Shown here one piece after another: positions 40,797 through 54,709 of a stretch of DNA of 64,000 bases. The stretch comes from Octopus vulgaris (Eukaryota), in contig OX597815.1 of assembly GCA_951406725.2 (NCBI GenBank), positions 16,802,001 to 16,866,000 on the forward strand. Direction: 5' to 3'. Both the position numbers and the translations under genes were made by a program. Under the pieces are notes generated by a model, which was not told where the DNA came from, ran no database searches, and saw only the letters and a program-made list of their open reading frames with translations. Position 1 is the first letter of the stretch. Every line of letters begins with the position of its first letter.

Positions 40797-41027
40797 GGCG
40801 GTGAGCTGGCAGAAACGTTAGCGCGCCGGACGAAATACTTAGCAGTATTTCGTCTGTCATTACGTTCTGAGTTCAAATTCCGCCGAGGTCGACTTTGCCT
40901 TTCATCCTTTCGGGGTCGATAAATAAAGTACCATTTACGCACTGGGGTCGATGTAATCGACTTAATCCCTTTGTCTGTCCTTGTTTGTCCCCTCTATGTT
41001 TAACCCCTTGTGGGTAATAAAGAAATA
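40797..41027 (+). mobile_element. Full-length family A SINE
   Basis: Head-to-tail match to other copies. Confidence 0.92.
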
Positions 41028-41107
41028 GGTATGTATGTAATCCTAGTATATCAAATTTAGGGGAACTCCGTGGAGTAAGAACTTGAACAAAGTATTTAGT
41101 ATGCGGT

Positions 41108-41173
<66 letters not shown>

Positions 41174-42026
41174 GGGAGGCTAGACGGTAGAGAGAGGAAG
41201 CATAGTAGTGTGAGGAAAAGAGAATTAAAACGGTGTATCTAACGACTTCGGTCAAGAATGTGAAGCAGCGAAATACCAGAATCGTTAAAAGGTCCAACAA
41301 AATTACTTTGCAGGTTTTCTCTGAGTTCAGATCCTGCCGCAGTCTACTTTGCTTTTCATCCTTCTGATTTCGAGAAAGTAAAGTATCCATGGCGGTGGAT
41401 TTGCGGAATTGTTATGGTGTTGGACGGAATGATTTGTAGCAATATTAGTCCAGCTCTTGACGCACATGTACGTATGAGTACGTAACGAGTCTAGTCATCA
41501 AGATGGCGTCTTTTAAAATTTACCTGAAAGCCATGGGAAACCAACTTTGTATTCATCTACAAAAACTTCATGATTAACATATACCACTTGTCGAAGAAAT
41601 CTCTAGGAGTCGTTTATTGGTCTGACGATGTAGAAAGAAAAGGGTCCACTACTTTCTGGTTCACTGAAAAAGAAACTTGTAACATAGAGGTAAAAGAAAT
41701 TGATTGAACGTAAAGTTTAATTAAAGGGTCTGATATATTGGTTTCAAATTTTGGCACAAGGACAAGAAGTTTGGTGGAGGGTATAAGTCGGTTACATTGA
41801 ACCCCAGTGTTCAATTTGAACACAGAGCGTAAAGATGGACGAAATACCGCCAGTCATTTTGTCCGGCGTGCTAACGATTCTGCCAGCTCACCGCCTGATA
41901 AGGATCTTATATATTAGTAACTGGAGGTAGACGATGTAATCCACTAATTCCCACCCCACAAATTTCAGGCCTTGTGCCTTTAGTAGGAAAGATTATTATT
42001 ATTATTATTATTATTATTGTTGTTGC

Positions 42027-42057
<31 letters not shown>

Positions 42058-42075
42058 ATTATTATTATTATTATA

Positions 42076-42810
42076 GACGTCGCACAGTATAAAATATCGT
42101 GAGGTTGTTGAAACCGGAGATTTGTACTGCTTATCAAGTACAACAAGGACCTCAGACAGACAGTACTTTACGCAATATGCGTGCCGTTCCAAGTATTGTT
42201 GACTTTTGCAAGACATCTAGATTGTAGGGGATTTCTGAGGTTTTCAGATGCTCTGACGACAATAGGGATTACCTTTATGTTTGACTCTCGTAGCTGCCAC
42301 ATCTTAACGATCTCAACTCTCAGGTCTCCATATTTATCAAACTTTTCTCTTTCTTTCATGATGATACGTTGATCTCCTTGCACTGCCACGCCAATTATTA
42401 GACACTACCGTTTCTTTTAGTTCTTGCAACCATTCAACATCCTTTTTGTGCTCCTTTTCTTTGCACCAGATGTCACTCCAAAACCTTTGACTTTAATGTT
42501 ATCTGATATCAACTTTTCATCTGTACACTGTCCATTCATTTCTTTCTAGAATTTCTTCTGATCTACTCTGAATAACCTATTCTGTTCGCACCCTTTCATT
42601 TTTTTTGGTCATATCTTACCATCTTTGCTTTGTTTGCAACGAGGCGCTCCATTACCACTTTCAGGCCCTTTCTTTCAATATCATACCACCTGTTCAGTGC
42701 CCTGTATTTTTGTTCGCATTTAAGTTCCTCCTTCTGTTTTCGGTCTAACATAGAAATGTCCTTCGAGAGCATATCTAACCCCGCATGTATTATTCTTTTC
42801 CACCATGTAT
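42076..42810 (-). mobile_element. Internally deleted R4/Dong-clade LINE (N-terminal region fused to restriction-like endonuclease, RT missing)
   Basis: WWKR..RY..QNRLFRVDQKKF..FWSDIW..EWL joined at ~42405 to CLIIGVAVQGDQRIIMKEREKFDKYGDLRVEIVKMW..VIPIVV..GTARILRKVLSV*. An (AAT/AAC)n tract follows the 3' end. Confidence 0.8.
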
Positions 42811-43366
42811 CTTCTTCTTCTTCTTCTTCTTCTTCTTCTTCTTCTTCTACTTCTTCTTCTTCTTCTTCTTCTTGTTCTTCTTCTTCTTCTTCTTCTTCTT
42901 CTTCTTCTTCTTCTTCTTCTTCTTCTTCTTCTTCTTCTTCAAATTCCGCCAAGGTGAACAGGTCAACTTTGTCTTTAATCCTTTCGGGGTAGATAAATTA
43001 AGTACCAGTGAACCACTGGGGTCGATGTAAAAAACTAGTAGCCTCCCACCAAATTTCCGGCATTGTGTCTTTACTATATATAAAGTATACATAAATATCA
43101 TGTTATGCTATCCACTATCTATATATACAAATTACCATTATTATAAATTTTATAAATTATTTTAGCAACTAGTTTTTATAACTATTTTTATAATTATTTT
43201 CAAAATTATTTTTTATCAAAAATTGCTTATAATATTTATAAAAGATTTTTTTGAATTTATAATTCTTATAATTTTTATAATGTATATATGTACGTATGTA
43301 AACCAATATATATGACCAATATACATTCAGGCGTATATAAACATTATTTACGAGTACACACACGCA

Positions 43367-43494
<128 letters not shown>

Positions 43495-43592
43495 TTCGAG
43501 TAATCCATGTAAAAGGGTATATACTTTGGTATTGATGTGTATGGGGATTAGTATATACATTATTGTATATATAGATATGTTTGTAAATGTTC

Positions 43593-43641
<49 letters not shown>

Positions 43642-44315
43642 GTGTGTGTATGTGTGTGCTTAAATATTTATCAGTGAATGTTTTTCTATGTACAAAAATC
43701 GTTTGTATATGCATATATGGTTGTACCGATATGTAATAATTTTTTAACAATAAAGTTATGTGTGACACATTTCTTGCGTGTACATATCCATTTATATACG
43801 ATCTCAATCTATTTACTTTTTATATTCTTATATTTTTATATTTATATAAATAGAAAATATAAGTAAGATCCCTTTTACCCCTTAATTGTTATCTCCCCTA
43901 CACTACACATAACTCTACTTTTTAGCTTTTCTCCACAATTACACACAATTCTTTTCGTTATTATTAGATATAACTTTCCTACACCGCTCTATAGATGATT
44001 AAATATGTTTTTAGCAGCGGATAATGTAAGTAAATTCTCCTTCTCCTCAATATTCTTAGTATCTTATTTCAAATTTTAATTCTTTAAAAAATTATTTTAT
44101 TTTAATTTTATTAACCGTCTTTTAGTATCTACTTCTTCATATATCCTTCTACAAGTTTAACTAAATCCTGTAATATTATACTTATTTTTTTTCTATAAAG
44201 ATTAGACATATTATTTACAAAAAAGCATTTTAATTATAAATTTCATAATCTAGAAACCATTTATGATTAAACACTTTTTTCTAATTAATTACTTAGCCGT
44301 ATTGTTTATTGACGG

Positions 44316-44371
<56 letters not shown>

Positions 44372-44376
<5 letters not shown>

Positions 44377-44550
44377 TAATCCAAACAAGAAAGCACAAAA
44401 AAACACAACAACGCGAGGACGTGGAACAAATATAGTATTATTGGACGCTCAGGAAAGAAGGAAAGAAGGAGGGTTTAACGTTTCGAGCGGAGCTCTTCGT
44501 CGGAAACATAGGAGAAGGAAAGATCCAGAGAAGGGAAGACAGAGGAAAAA
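44372..44550 (-). mobile_element. Family P1 pLTR-like element with hammerhead variant (44473-44507)
   Basis: Minus strand gttt-CCGACGA-a-gagc-tcc-gctc-GAAA-cg-TT-aaac; abuts (TA)n. Confidence 0.75.
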
Positions 44551-45078
44551 AGGAAAAAAAGAGGAAAAAAATCGCCAGTCTTCAGTATTTCATAATTCTG
44601 TACTTTCTTATTTGGTTTGTCTTTTCCTTAAAATACAACCTCACCAGTTTTTTTAACTTTATATATGAGAGTTTTAAATCAGTTGCTTTATACAAATCTA
44701 TAAGAGAATGTTACTATAATTTAGTATTATATATATCAGCGCCCAGTGTTATCTTTTGGTCTGGTTTAAAAAGACATGACTCCGAGAACAATAACACATT
44801 ACAAAAATGAGTAATAACACCATACCTAAGTAATTATAACGTCTTTTAAGTATTTTTTCTTATTTTTTGGCTACTGACGAGTACTTTTTGACAACTCAGA
44901 TTCTTAAAACGAATTTACTGTCTTTCTGTATGAAACGATCGTATAGCTACACGAATAAAATAAATCATCATCCATATTAACATCTAGTCTCCTCAACTAA
45001 CGTAAAATATGAATGAATTTGTTGAATTCTGTTTAATAAGTTAAATCATATACTTTATATATATATATATATATATAT

Positions 45079-45322
45079 AGCGTGGAAGGTGTTTGTATAT
45101 TTAAGAAACACTCAAAAGCCGTTCGATTCACTAACATTTATAATTTGTCAAAATATTTTCGTCGCTTTAAGTACCTATCCGAGATGCAGCATGGATTTTT
45201 GACAGTGAACAGGTCGCGGTCTTAAAGCGACGAAAATATTTTGACAAATTAAACTTAAATGTTGAAGTGAATCGAACGGCTTTTGTGTGTTTCTTAAATG
45301 GCTTACAAACACCTTCTACGCT
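45079..45322. mobile_element. Fold-back pLTR-like element (~90-bp arms) with degenerate hammerhead
   Basis: 45085-45171 is inverted relative to 45221-45316. gtcgc-loop-gcgac-GAAA-atat-TT-tgacaaa. Lies between (TA)n tracts. Confidence 0.65.
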
Positions 45323-45391
45323 GCAATTGTTTTCGTTTCGGCACACGATCTCAGATCAAAATACTTGCTATGCAAGTACATCTCCGTAATA

Positions 45392-45459
<68 letters not shown>

Positions 45460-45714
45460 CACACACATATATATATACAGAGAGATTTATTATTAAAGCT
45501 GCTAAAACATCACAACATTATCACAAAAAACTGTTACTCAGAGTTTGACTTATCGTTCGTCGAGCAGTCGTGATCAAGAATGGAATAAAAATTTGCGATG
45601 CTTTTGCAGCTTTAATAACGAAGCATTTTCTACCTCCGGTATTCGAGTACTATTTTTCCAATCTTGTTTTACATTTTTCTGCTTATACATACGTACATAC
45701 ATGCATATATATAT

Positions 45715-45909
45715 CTTTTATCTTTTGTTTCAGTTATTTGACTGTGGCCATGCTGGAGCAACGCCATGAAAGGTTTTCGTCGAACAAATCGACCCCAGGA
45801 CCTTTTAAAGCCTAGTACTTATTCTGTCAGTTCTTTTGCCGAACCGCTAAGTTACGGAGACATAAACACATTACCAACTGTCAGGTGATGGTGAGGGCAC
45901 AAACACAAG

Positions 45910-45990
<81 letters not shown>

Positions 45991-46093
45991 CAGGTGTGGT
46001 TCAGTTCCACTGCGTGGCAACTTCTACTATTGCTTCGGTCCGACCAAAGCCTTGTGAGTGGATTTGGTAGATGGAAACTGAAAGAAGCCCATC

Positions 46094-46135
<42 letters not shown>

Positions 46136-46282
46136 TTGTGTGTCTGTGTTTGTCCCCACGATGTCACTTGACAACCGATGTTGGTGTGTTTACGTCCCCG
46201 TAAGCTAGTGGTTCGGCATAAGAGACTGATAGAATAAGTACGAGGCTTACAAAGAATACGTCCTGGGGGTCGACTAAAGGTG
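45715..46282. mobile_element. Two oppositely oriented family C SINE fragments around a microsatellite
   Basis: Minus-strand 3' part at 45715-45920 and plus-strand copy at 45994-46282. Confidence 0.75.
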
Positions 46283-46531
46283 GTGTATTTTCCGATGGCT
46301 GCAATGGCGTAGCGGAGTATATAAACTCTCATACCGCCAGTGTTAAAACATCTCAGTCATGAGGGTGCGTGGTGCTGACAAGCCACAAAAATTGCGAAAC
46401 ATCGATGCCCATCTCTCCCAAATGGGATTGAGGGTGAGTTATCTCGCCTGTCCATGACTAAGGTGTTTTAACACCGGCAACATGTGAATTTATATGCTCC
46501 GCTACGCCATTGCAGTCAGCGGAAAATACAC
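46283..46531. mobile_element. MITE-like hairpin element with ~80-bp imperfect TIRs
   Basis: gtgtattttccgatggctgcaatggcgtagcggag... / ...ctccgctacgccattgcagtcagcggaaaatacac; no clear TSD. Confidence 0.7.
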
Positions 46532-46618
46532 AAAGCAAATACATTAGTATATGTATTTAATAATACTTATTACACAAAAGCAATTTTTACTTCACACACA
46601 TGTATGTATGCATGCATA

Positions 46619-46679
<61 letters not shown>

Positions 46680-46816
46680 TTTATATATATATATATTGTT
46701 ATATTTCGGAATGGTCATTTTGCCAGTTTAGCCAATAAAAACACATGCCCTATATATTTGGTGTTATTTTGTTTCAGTGTTATTTATTTTTTACATTAAT
46801 CTTAATCTTATTTCGG

Positions 46817-46856
46817 CCAGAGTTCTTTCGTCACACTCTTGTGACCGCATCAGTGG
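46817..46856 (-). ncRNA. Minimal hammerhead ribozyme-like motif (A9C variant)
   Basis: Minus strand cca-CTGATGC-g-gtcac-aagagt-gtgac-GAAA-gaac-TC-tgg, in a segment between (TA)n tracts. Confidence 0.65.
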
Positions 46857-46982
46857 TCCTTTGTTTTCTTCTTTCTTATTTGTGTCTCTCCTTACTAACC
46901 GTCAGCCATTCTGTATTTCTATATATACATGCATACATACATTTGTGTGAAATAAAAACTGCTTTTGTGTAATAAGTATTAT

Positions 46983-47059
<77 letters not shown>

Positions 47060-47076
47060 GTGTGTGTGTGTGAAAA

Positions 47077-47288
47077 GGCGGCGAGCTGGCAGAAACGTTA
47101 GCGCGCCGGGCGAAATGTCGTTACGTTCTGAGTTCAAATTCCGCCGAGGTCGACATCGCCTTTCATCATTTCGGGGTCGATAAATAAAGTACCAGTTTCG
47201 CACTGGGGTCGATGTAATTGACTCAATCCCTTTGTCAGTCCTTGTTTGTCCCTTCTATGTTTAGCCCCTTGTGGGCAATAAAGAAATA
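47077..47288 (+). mobile_element. Family A SINE with small head deletion
   Basis: Matches the other family A copies. Confidence 0.9.
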
Positions 47289-47739
47289 AGAATATATATA
47301 TATGTGTGAGTGTGTGTATAGTATATGTATTAATTGCTACAGAGCTATCTTGGAGTTACTCTGTCATATTCGGGGACAAACTTCTGCAAACACTGAGACA
47401 CCTCAGTTCACATCCCAATCCAGAATTAGGTTATTTAACTGAGTGGAAATAATTTAGTCACCAGCACACAACAGCCACTAGTTCCTTCTCGTTTTATGCT
47501 GTTACTAGGTCGCTGCCACTCTGAATTACTTAACTGCTATCTCCTCCGGTGACAAGGCCACTCGATTCCCTTTCTACCCTAACTGTAACATTATCACTCT
47601 GAATACGATTCACTGAACAATTTCCCTCTGAGAAATCCTGCAGTTTCCCTGCACGCGTTGACAAAGTTATTCTAGCTGAAAACCAACCGCATTAATGTTT
47701 CTCCATTAGAAGGCTACAAAGATTTAAGGGCCTCTATCT

Positions 47740-48460
47740 TCGTCCTCGTCCTCGTCCTCTTCTTTCTCATCATTCTCATCATTGTCGTCATCTTCGTCAT
47801 CTTCCTCCCCCTCATCGTCCTCCTCCCCTCGTCCTCGTCCTCGTCCTCCTTCTCCCCTCGTCCTCCTCCTCCCCTCGTCCTCGTCCTCCTCCTCCCCTCG
47901 TCCTCCTTCTCCTCTCGTCCTCCCCTCGTCCGCCCCTCGTCCTCCCCTCGTCCGCCCCTCGTCCTCCCCTCGTCCGCCCCTCGTCCTCCCCTCAGCCTCC
48001 TTCCCCATCGTCCTCCTCCCCCTTGGCCTCCTCCCCCTCGTCACCCCACGACTTCGTCCTCCTCCCCTTCCTCCAGTTCTCTCTTCTTCCCGCTCTCCCC
48101 TCCCCCTGCTCTCCCTTCCTCCTATTCTCCCCTCCTCCTGCTCTCCTTCCCTTCCTCCTGCTCTCCCCTCCTCCTGGTATCCCCTCCTCCTGGTATCCCC
48201 TCCTCCTGGTATCCCCTCCTCCTGGTATCCCCTCCTCCTGGTATCCCCTCCTCCTGCTCTCCTCTCCTCCTGCTCTCCCCTCCTCCTGCTCTTCCCTACT
48301 CCTGCCCTCCCTTCCTCCTACTCTCCCCTCTTCCTGCTCTCCCTTCCTCCTGCTCTCCCCTCCTCCTGCTCTCACTTCCTCCTGCTCTCCCCTCCCCCTT
48401 CTCTCCCCTCCTCCTACTCTCCCCCCTACTCTCTCCCTTCCTCCCTGGCTCTCCCCTCCT
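47740..48460. repeat. Polypyrimidine/polypurine minisatellite
   Basis: Units such as cccctcgtcct, cctcctcctggtatcc and cctcctgctctccc. Confidence 0.9.
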
Positions 48461-48746
48461 TAATATAACAAATGACAATTACATATGAAAGCAACACAAG
48501 CACCAACATTACAGAGAAAATAGCGAGAGATGACATCAGTTATCAACATCGTCAGCTGTCTGTGCACGCAGCAAACAGTGTGTAGTAAGTATACAGTCAC
48601 AGATGCAGCAGCAACAATTGTGGGAAAAAGTAGCAGCAAAAAGTAACAGTTGCAACAGGGGGGGGGGGGAGTGAACGAAATACTTGTAACAGCATCTGCT
48701 ACAAACAACAACATGCGGCGACATCACTAGTTGTAGCAGCAGAGAC

Positions 48747-48826
<80 letters not shown>

Positions 48827-49177
48827 AGGAAGCAGTAATAGCAGAGGCAGCAGCACCAGCAAAAGCATCAGCATCAGCAGCTGCAACAAAACACCAACAA
48901 CAGCAGCAATATCATCATCAGCAGCAGCAGCAATCGCAGCAGCAGTCGCAATCGCAGCAGCAGTCGCAATCGCAGCAGCAGCAGTAGCAGTCGTAGTAGC
49001 AGCAGCAGCAGCAGCAGCAGCAGTCGCAGTACTAGCTGTAACAGCAGCAGCAACAAACGAAGAGCCCTCGACTACAACAAGACGACCAAAGTCTGTTTTT
49101 TTTTTCTCCAAGGTCCGGGGTCTCCCGCCCCTAAGCCCTAGACCATCACCTAATCACCCTTACCCCGTCTTGTCGCT

Positions 49178-50021
49178 TAACAACAACAACAACAGCAACA
49201 ACAACAACAACACCACCACCACCAACAACAACAACACCACCACCACCACCAACAACAACAACACCACCACCACCACCAACAACAACAACACCACCACCAC
49301 CACCAACAACAACAACACCACCACCACCACCAACAACAACAACACCACCACCACCACCAACAACAACAACACCACCACCACCACCAACAACAACAACACC
49401 ACCACCACCACCAACAACAACAACACCACCACCACCACCAACAACAACAACACCACCACCACCAACAACAACAACAACACCACCACCACCAACAACACCA
49501 CCACCACCAACAACAACAACACCACCACCACCACCAACAACAACACCACCACCACCACCACCAACAACACCACCACCACCACCAACAACAACAACACCAC
49601 CACCACCACCAACAACAACAACACCACCACCACCACCAACAACAACACCACCACCACCACCAACAACAACAACACCACCACCACCACCAACAACACCACC
49701 ACCACCACCAACAACAACAACACCACCACCACCACCAACAACAACAACACCACCACCACCACCAACAACACCACCACCACCACCAACAACAACAACACCA
49801 CCACCACCACCAACAACAACAACACCACCACCACCACCAACAACAACAACACCACCACCACCACCAACAACAACAACACCACCACCACCAACAACAACAA
49901 CAACACCACCACCACCAACAACACCACCACCACCACCACCAACAACAACACCACCACCACCACCAACAACAACAACACCACCACCACCACCAACAACACC
50001 ACCACCACCACCAACAACAAC

Positions 50022-50052
<31 letters not shown>

Positions 50053-50075
50053 CCACCACCACCACCACCAACAAC

Positions 50076-50106
<31 letters not shown>

Positions 50107-50510
50107 CCACCACCACCACCAACAACACCACCACCACCACCAACAACAACAACACCACCACCACCACCAACAACAACAACACCACCACCACCACCAACAA
50201 CAACACCACCACCACCAACAACAACAACACCACCACCACCACCAACAACAACAACACACCACCACCACCACCAACAACACCACCACCACCAACAACAACA
50301 ACACCACCACCACCACCACCAACAACAACAACACCACCACCACCACCAACAACAACACCACCACCACCACCAACAACAACAACACCACCACCACCACCAC
50401 CAACAACAACACCACCACCACCACCAACAACCACCACCACCACCAACAACAACAACACCACCACCACCACCAACAACAACAACACCACCACCACCACCAA
50501 CAACAACAAC

Positions 50511-50541
<31 letters not shown>

Positions 50542-51031
50542 CCACCACCACCACCAACAACAACAACACCACCACCACCACCAACAACAACAACACCACC
50601 ACCACCAACAACAACAACAACACCACCACCACCAACAACACCACCACCACCACCAACAACAACAACACCACCACCACCACCAACAACAACAACACCACCA
50701 CCACCACCAACAACAACAACACCACCACCACCACCAACACAACAACACCACCACCACCACCAACAACAACAACACCACCACCACCACCAACAACAACAAC
50801 ACCACCACCACCAACAACAACAACAACACCACCACCACCAACAACACCACCACCACCACCAACAACAACAACACCACCACCACCACCAACAACAACAACA
50901 CCACCACCACCACCAACAACAACAACACCACCACCACCACCAACAACAACAACACCACCACCACCACCAACAACAACACCACCACCACCACCAACAACAA
51001 CAACACCACCACCACCAACAACAACAACAAC

Positions 51032-51062
<31 letters not shown>

Positions 51063-51398
51063 CCACCACCACCAACAACAACAACACCACCACCACCACC
51101 AACAACAACAACACACACCACCAACAACAACAACAGCAACAACAGCAGCAGTAGAAACAGCAACAGCAGCAACAGCAGCAGCAGCAGTAGTAGCATCAGC
51201 AGCAACAGAAGTGGTGGCTCTTGAAGCTGTCAGTAAGAACTTCAATAACAACACACAACCAACTTTGGACGACTGCGAAAAGGCTTGTGCGTTAAGAGGA
51301 ACAACGACAACAACGACAACAACAATAACTGCAACAACAACAACAACAACAACACTACTACCACCACCACCACCAACAACAACAACAATACTACCACC

Positions 51399-51432
<34 letters not shown>

Positions 51433-51500
51433 CTACCACCACCACCACCAACAACAACAACAATACTACCACCACCACCACCACCAACAACAACACTACT

Positions 51501-51531
<31 letters not shown>

Positions 51532-51542
51532 CTACCACCACC

Positions 51543-51576
<34 letters not shown>

Positions 51577-51689
51577 CTACCACCACCACCAACAACAACA
51601 ACAATACTACCACCACCACCACCACCACCAACAACAACAACAATACTACCACCACCACCACCACCACCACCAACAACAACAATACTACC

Positions 51690-51723
<34 letters not shown>

Positions 51724-51731
51724 CTACCACC

Positions 51732-51762
<31 letters not shown>

Positions 51763-51830
51763 CTACCACCACCATCACCACCACCACCAACAACAACAAC
51801 AAATGCAACAACACTACTACCACCAACAAT
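49178..51830. repeat. ~2.6-kb higher-order (CCA)4-5(ACA)3-4 array, plus a second block with a tacta spacer
   Basis: Directly visible; source of the 600-900 aa artefactual ORFs. Confidence 0.95.
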
Positions 51831-52413
51831 AATCCGCATATTATACTGTCAATGTCATTAACAAGACAGTTGTAAACATCAAAACAATGGTGTCATCGCC
51901 GTCATCACGGCATCACCATCAGTATCACCATCATCATAATGACCATCGTATTGTGATCATCATCATCACCGTCATCAATATCATTAACAGACCATAGAAG
52001 AGATCATATGAGTGATCGCTCGGCTAGTTTGAGCGATCACGTAAGGTGTCCATCGACAGCAACCACTAATCAAACTATCCTTTAATCGCCCTCTTCTACC
52101 TATTGATAATCAATATCACCCAACCGCGACAATCGTCTCCATCATGTTCATCTTTTGCATTTATGTTGACTTTGGTCCTTGGCAATAACAATAAACCTTA
52201 ACTCCTATCTTTGTTGCTCTCGCCATCGTAATTGCAACGAATCAATGATTAGCCATTATACGCTTGCTTAAAGTAGGACACTGAAATGGGAACATATTTC
52301 CAGATATCAACTATCACATCACGTTTAACTAAGCAGCGAATTAGTCTCTAAGCTGTTGCAAACACCTGCTAGAAATAACAGTCAAATCTCTGTTAAATCG
52401 CACCACATCATCA

Positions 52414-52620
52414 TCTCTTTCTCTTTATCTCTTTTACTTGTTTCAGTCATTTGACTGCGGCCATGCTGGAGCACCGCCTTCAGTCGAGCAAATCGACCCC
52501 GGGACCCACTCCTTGTAAGCCCAGTACTTATTCTATAGGTCTCTTTTGCCGAACCGCTAAGTGACGGGGACGTAAACACACCAGCATCGGTTGTCAAGCA
52601 ATGCTAGGGAGACAAACACA

Positions 52621-52719
<99 letters not shown>

Positions 52720-52882
52720 GACAGGCTTCTTTCAGTTTCCGTCTACCAAATCCACTCACAAGGTATTGGTCGGCCCGGGGCTATAGCAGAAGACACTTGC
52801 CCAAGATGTCACGCAGTGGGACTGAACCCGGAACCATGTGGTTGGTTAGCAAGCTACTTACCACACAGCCACTCCTGCGCCT
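52414..52882 (-). mobile_element. Family C SINE, young copy
   Basis: Nearly identical to 11681-12092 apart from microsatellite length. Confidence 0.9.
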
Positions 52883-53533
52883 AAGGATGGACACCGTGAA
52901 AAAAAGATTCAGGATAGTCTTGATCATCGAAACACCTTTGATCATAGGTCTGCTCAATCAAAGTTGACCCAGAGGGTCAATCACATCACTTTTGACCATT
53001 GTGGATTATATGAAGAATTCTAAATTAAAGTACGGTTATGTATATTTTCATATCGCATTTCACTGTTGGTCGTTGTTTATGCTGTGTTTGGAGCAATAAA
53101 TTATCTTAGTCCATCAGCATTTTCACGATCTTGATATTATATTCTGGATAAAAAGACTTTAGCTAATGGAGTTATTGTTGTTTTATTGCTGTTTTATTAG
53201 ATACAAGAATAACAGGACGTTGGTCTGTGTTTTCTATTGGTTATCACCGGACTTGAATTTTATGATTACTGGCGTCAGGTTTCATTCATCGACCTGGAAA
53301 TAGCTCAGCGGTGTGTCTGCTATAAAATTTTAAAAGGATTCACTGTCTGTGTTATTATATGCTGCTCTAAATGGAGCTTCTGTTGAAAAATTTCAAGTTC
53401 TTTTGTGCATTCTATATAAATATATGTTTTAATCAACTATTTTGTTTAGTTTCTTTTTATTTTTACATAATATAATGTCTGCAATTGTTTCTTTCGGTAG
53501 ATTCATGGAAAACCGGTGAGAAAATGTGGTTGT

Positions 53534-53945
53534 GGATCTTTTCGGTTTGAACGGCAGTTTTTTCTAGCGGTGTCATACGAAATTGTCACCCATAATTATG
53601 ACCCTAGTATCAATCTATTGCATTTCAATCTGTTTTAGGGTTAGGGTTAGGGGTGGGGAAGGGTATCTTTTTTACTTCACAAATGTAAATAAACCCAATC
53701 TGTTTCTTAAACGAGGGACATTTTCATACGGCACATAATGCTTTCACCTCAATAGACGTCATTGATTGGTTGAAATTGCCGAAATTGAAGAAAAAAAACC
53801 CAACAAATATCTTACAAACTATAGAATTAAAGCCAAGAGAAAAAGATGTTTTATAAACACATTCTACCAGTATACGAAGTTTAAAAGTGTTTAGTTACGT
53901 GGAAATTATTAAAAAAAAAAGCTGCCGTTCAAACCGAAAAGATCA
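53534..53945. mobile_element. Merlin-like MITE with 8-bp TSD and internal (TTAGGG)3
   Basis: TIRs ggatcttttcggtttgaacggcag / ctgccgttcaaaccgaaaagatca; TSD gtggttgt at 53526-53533 and 53946-53953. Confidence 0.85.
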
Positions 53946-54448
53946 GTGGTTGTTGTTTGCCTAATGTTACAGTTAAAGAAAGTGAACATGATACCCAGCT
54001 TCGATACAAGCTTAAATGTATACCCTATAAAGAATTATACCTTATAAACTGAAAGGAGAACTAAGATCATATTCCGAATTACGCAATGTAAATTACAGAG
54101 ACAACCACAACGAATATTAAGACCCAAATTTAGAATAAAGTATATAGGACTTTACAAAACCAATCAACTAGAAGAATACATGTAGTGAATTAAGCGTTTA
54201 ATATTTCTTATGGATATATGAACTTCTCAAGTATCAGTTTCTAACATTGACGGACGGTCAGATTTTTTGACCAGAGTATGATCTATCATGTAGATCCCAC
54301 CAGTTCATTGAATGGTTTTATTTTATCAGCCAGGATGTAAAAAAAATCGATCTCAATATAAATATTTTCTGTATTTCCCACAGACCAATCCTGGCAAAAA
54401 TTTGAGCTCATAGCTGAAATACCAGACGAAGCATTAAGGAAATTATAA

Positions 54449-54709
54449 TAAATAAAATAAATGCGCCCTTTTAAAGCCTGGCCAGGCTCATGGGCCCGGT
54501 TTCCAGGTTTCAATGGCGTATGTGTTCCCCAGCTGGACGGGACGCCAGTCCACCGCAGCGTTACTTATTTTTGCCAGCTGAGTGGACTGGAGCAAAGTGA
54601 AATGAAGTGTTTTGCTCAAGAACACAACGCGTCGCCCGGTCTAGGAATCGAAACCACAATCTTACGATCATGATGTTGACACCCTATCCACTAAGCCACG
54701 CGCCTCCGC
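54449..54709 (-). mobile_element. CORE-type SINE (family B head, third tail type) with 13-bp TSD
   Basis: TSD aaggaaattataa at 54436-54448 and 54710-54722; head and CORE match 6295-6440. Confidence 0.9.

Noticed and set aside
47724-48468. Pro/Ser-rich and Glu/Gly/Arg-rich ORFs
   Set aside because: Low-complexity minisatellite open on both strands.
49146-51875. Very long ORFs (897, 684, 681 and 645 aa)
   Set aside because: They are translations of a stop-free CCA/ACA array, open in several frames on both strands.
53635-53652. Telomere or chromosome-fusion remnant
   Set aside because: Only three units, and they lie inside a TIR/TSD-bounded transposon.
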